DNA of 64,000 nt from the human T2T-CHM13v2.0 reference genome, Homo sapiens, in the NCBI RefSeq assembly GCF_009914755.1, contig NC_060935.1; one strand, given 5' to 3'. This document shows, piece after piece, positions 46,405 through 64,000 of this stretch. How positions within the stretch are numbered: position 1 is the stretch's first letter; every line of letters starts with the position of its first letter. The notes beneath the pieces were generated by a model that saw only the letters and a program-made list of their open reading frames with translations, searched no databases and had not been told where the DNA came from. The position numbers were made by a program, and so were the translations under genes.

Positions 46405-48343
46405 GACAACTTAGAAGGGAAAGCAACAAAGAGGTCCTTCCACAATATTTTCCTCTGTGTATTTTAAAACTTAAAACAACTGCCATAAAATGAACATTCC
46501 ATTCAGTGATTCTTTTCAGTTTTCCAATAAGTTATTCCTGAAGGGAGGGGAGATACCTTATGGTTCAAATTAAAAAGAACGTAACAGGGCCAAATTTAAG
46601 TTATAAAAGCTAAAACTGAACCTTTAGAAAATTCCACTAGTCTTCTCCTAGAAAGTCTTTCTAGACCGGACACTAGGATATTTGTAATCATTACACTGTG
46701 GGACTTAGGGAACCCGAACCTGTGTTTTGCAATGCAGGGTCAATATTTTCTGTTGAATATCTTTGTCACAAAGAGAGTCCATTTTCAGTTTCCATATGTT
46801 TATGAAGTAATTTTCTCAAGTTCTCTTAGTACTCAAACATTGGGGAACAACTACATGAACGCAGTCTCAGAAATAAAGTGCGAAATCTACACATCAATAA
46901 AGTTCTTTTAACAGAATTGTTCACTTTTCAGAAAATTGTCTTTATCATAAAGAAGCTACTCTACTTAATTTATAGAACCAGTTTTTACCCAGAAATGTAA
47001 ATTAATTAACTTCATTTGAAATGAAGTAAGGTCTTTCTGTTCTGGAGTAATAAATTCTACTATGCAATAATTATTCTGAAAATGTGTTAGCATGTCACAA
47101 AAAGTTAAAATATATACTGATTTTTTAATGCCCAACTAATAGTATATTCATAAAGACTGGATTTCTTCCAGATCCCTTATAACTACCTGAATTATTAGAA
47201 GTGGCCATCACATTTTAATTTTTTCCCTAAGTGTGAAGTTGATCGTCTTATTAAAAGGTCTAGATGAGTCACAATATGTTTAAAGTTAAAAATGTTAATA
47301 AATAAGAAATGCCACCTTCCTGTCCAACTTTAAAGAATGTTCATTTTAAGACAGCATTAAAAGTAATAAAATACACTGAACATGTCAGCAAGAGTTAAAT
47401 GTACACTTGGTAAGAACAAGGAATATATCCTTTACCAATGAATGATAAATGGATCCTGCAAGGCAGAACAAAATTTCAATACTTTCTCTCTCTCTCTCTC
47501 AATAGTTTTGGAAATTTTTCTTGGTACCAATATCTCCTTCTTACCACCACCACAACCACAGAATGGGAGGCAAAGCTTTAATGTAGGGGTTTAGATTCTG
47601 CTGACATCAAGCAGCCTTTTCTCTTTCAGGTTGTCCACCTTTGTGAAATAATGAAGAACTATCAGAACATGAGCTTCTGACCTAATCCACTGAGGACCAG
47701 CATCTGTGGAAAGCACTACCAACAGCCCAACAATAGTTTTCTAAAATAGGGAAGTTAAAAAAAATCAGCAAGAAAAATTTAGATGACAGTTTTTGCTTCA
47801 GAATATCACTGTCAAACTTTTGTTTCATCATTTTAATTTTGTTATTCAGCAGGCTCCCTTTGTTAAATTACTGAAAACTAAAACAAGATAAAGCAGTTCA
47901 GACCTAATGCACACCCACAAAATGCCCCTTCTCCTTTGGTGCCATGGCTTGGAATAAGAAGTCCAGTAACCATGAACTTGGCACATCCTGTCTCCACCTT
48001 TGGTATGAACACAATATGCCACTTAATATTTCCACAAAGGAAAAGTAAGGCTCGTCAGTATGTTAAAAGACCAGCTCAAGAGCAAGGCAAATTCTCTCCA
48101 CCTCGAAATCTACTTTCCCCTGAAAGATCTCTGTTCTGTGGCAAAAACTGAGGGTTTGAAGAGTCAATTTGATAAAGATGACCTTGGCAAAATAAACCCC
48201 AGTGTATGGATGAGAGACAAAACTGTGGTTTCCGAACTCTTGAGTGAATAATAAATCTTACAAAAGAGCTCTACGTGTCAGAGCTTTCAGACTTATGAGA
48301 ACAGACATGAGGTGGGTGCTGGATTCAAGCTCCAGGGTGGAAG

Positions 48344-63276
<14,933 letters not shown>

Positions 63277-63886
63277 CTAAAGGGAAAAGAAAGAACCAAT
63301 GAGAAAAAGAGACCCCATTAACCAAACAGAAGCTACACGAATGCCTCTGATAATGACCGCCAGAAGCTGGAATTCTCTGAAGCAATGCCCCCAAATAATA
63401 AGGCATTTGGCCAGAACCAGGATCACCAGACCCCATCTGATGCCAAAGCACTCACAGTCATGGTTAACAGGAGTTAACAATAATTCACCAAACAATTGAA
63501 GGTGACTCACTGTGGTGAATTCAGCCATCAACAGTCTTTGGCTGAAAGAACTACTATTGGAAAAAGGAAAATTACACTGGTATGAATTTCTTTGGTGAGT
63601 TCTCCTCATGCAAACCTGTCTTTCATTATTTAATGCCCTAGTCTTACTAAGAACATGGAATGAGATACAGACTAAGGTTCTGAATTTTAAATATTGCTCT
63701 ATGACTTTCCAGCACCTGGCAGAAATATATTCTGCACCCGTAACAAGGTCAAAATGAGTTGAGAGCAGAGCACTGGCTGTCTGATGCTTCAGCTAACCTG
63801 GATGCACATACCCTGCTTTGACGGAAAGCTTCCTTCTACTGCTGTTTGATATCTGGAAAAGAGAGGCATTAAAAGGAAACAGCTGG

Positions 63887-64000
63887 GGGCTGGGTGCAGT
63901 GGCTCACGCCTGTAATCCCAGCATTCTGGGAGGCTGAGGCAGGTGGATCACCTGAGGTCAGGAGTTTGAGACCAGCCTTGCCAAAATGGTGAAACCCCGT
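63887..64000 (+). mobile_element. Alu left arm (cut by the window edge)
   Basis: Alu consensus. Confidence 0.88.

Larger units (their letters stand above)
45740..48343 (-). other. PRDM10: PRDM10 3' UTR (~2.6 kb, no recognisable interspersed repeats, AU-rich)
   Basis: Runs from the stop codon to tandem AATAAA signals. Confidence 0.8.

Noticed and set aside
46166-46493. ORFs with poly-Leu or poly-Arg runs
   Set aside because: Translations of the (GAA)10 repeat in the PRDM10 3' UTR.

Overview
This is human (primate) genomic DNA. The gene order matches 11q24.3. It contains: (1) the last four coding exons and 3' UTR of TMEM45B on the + strand; (2) the whole NFRKB (INO80G) gene on the - strand, with 25 coding exons that I spliced by hand at GT-AG boundaries to 3900 nt (1299 aa plus stop), two 5' UTR exons and a CpG-island promoter near 41.2-41.9 kb; (3) the last seven coding exons and ~2.6 kb 3' UTR of PRDM10 on the - strand. 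The rest is repeat-rich, with >30 Alus (one with all AluYa5 diagnostics) plus L1, L2, MIR, CR1 and DNA-transposon fossils. I found no prokaryote-type system, CRISPR array or RNA gene, and nothing I can call a new multi-gene system. The most unusual observations are: an exact 90-bp copy of NFRKB intron sequence pasted 7.2 kb away at a repair-scar-like junction; a MER58A-borne back-to-back poly(A) signal between the convergent TMEM45B and NFRKB genes; a candidate PRDM10 poison micro-exon; and a possible in-frame PRDM10-NFRKB read-through splice. Repeat subfamily names come from recalled consensus sequences, and repeat boundaries are approximate.
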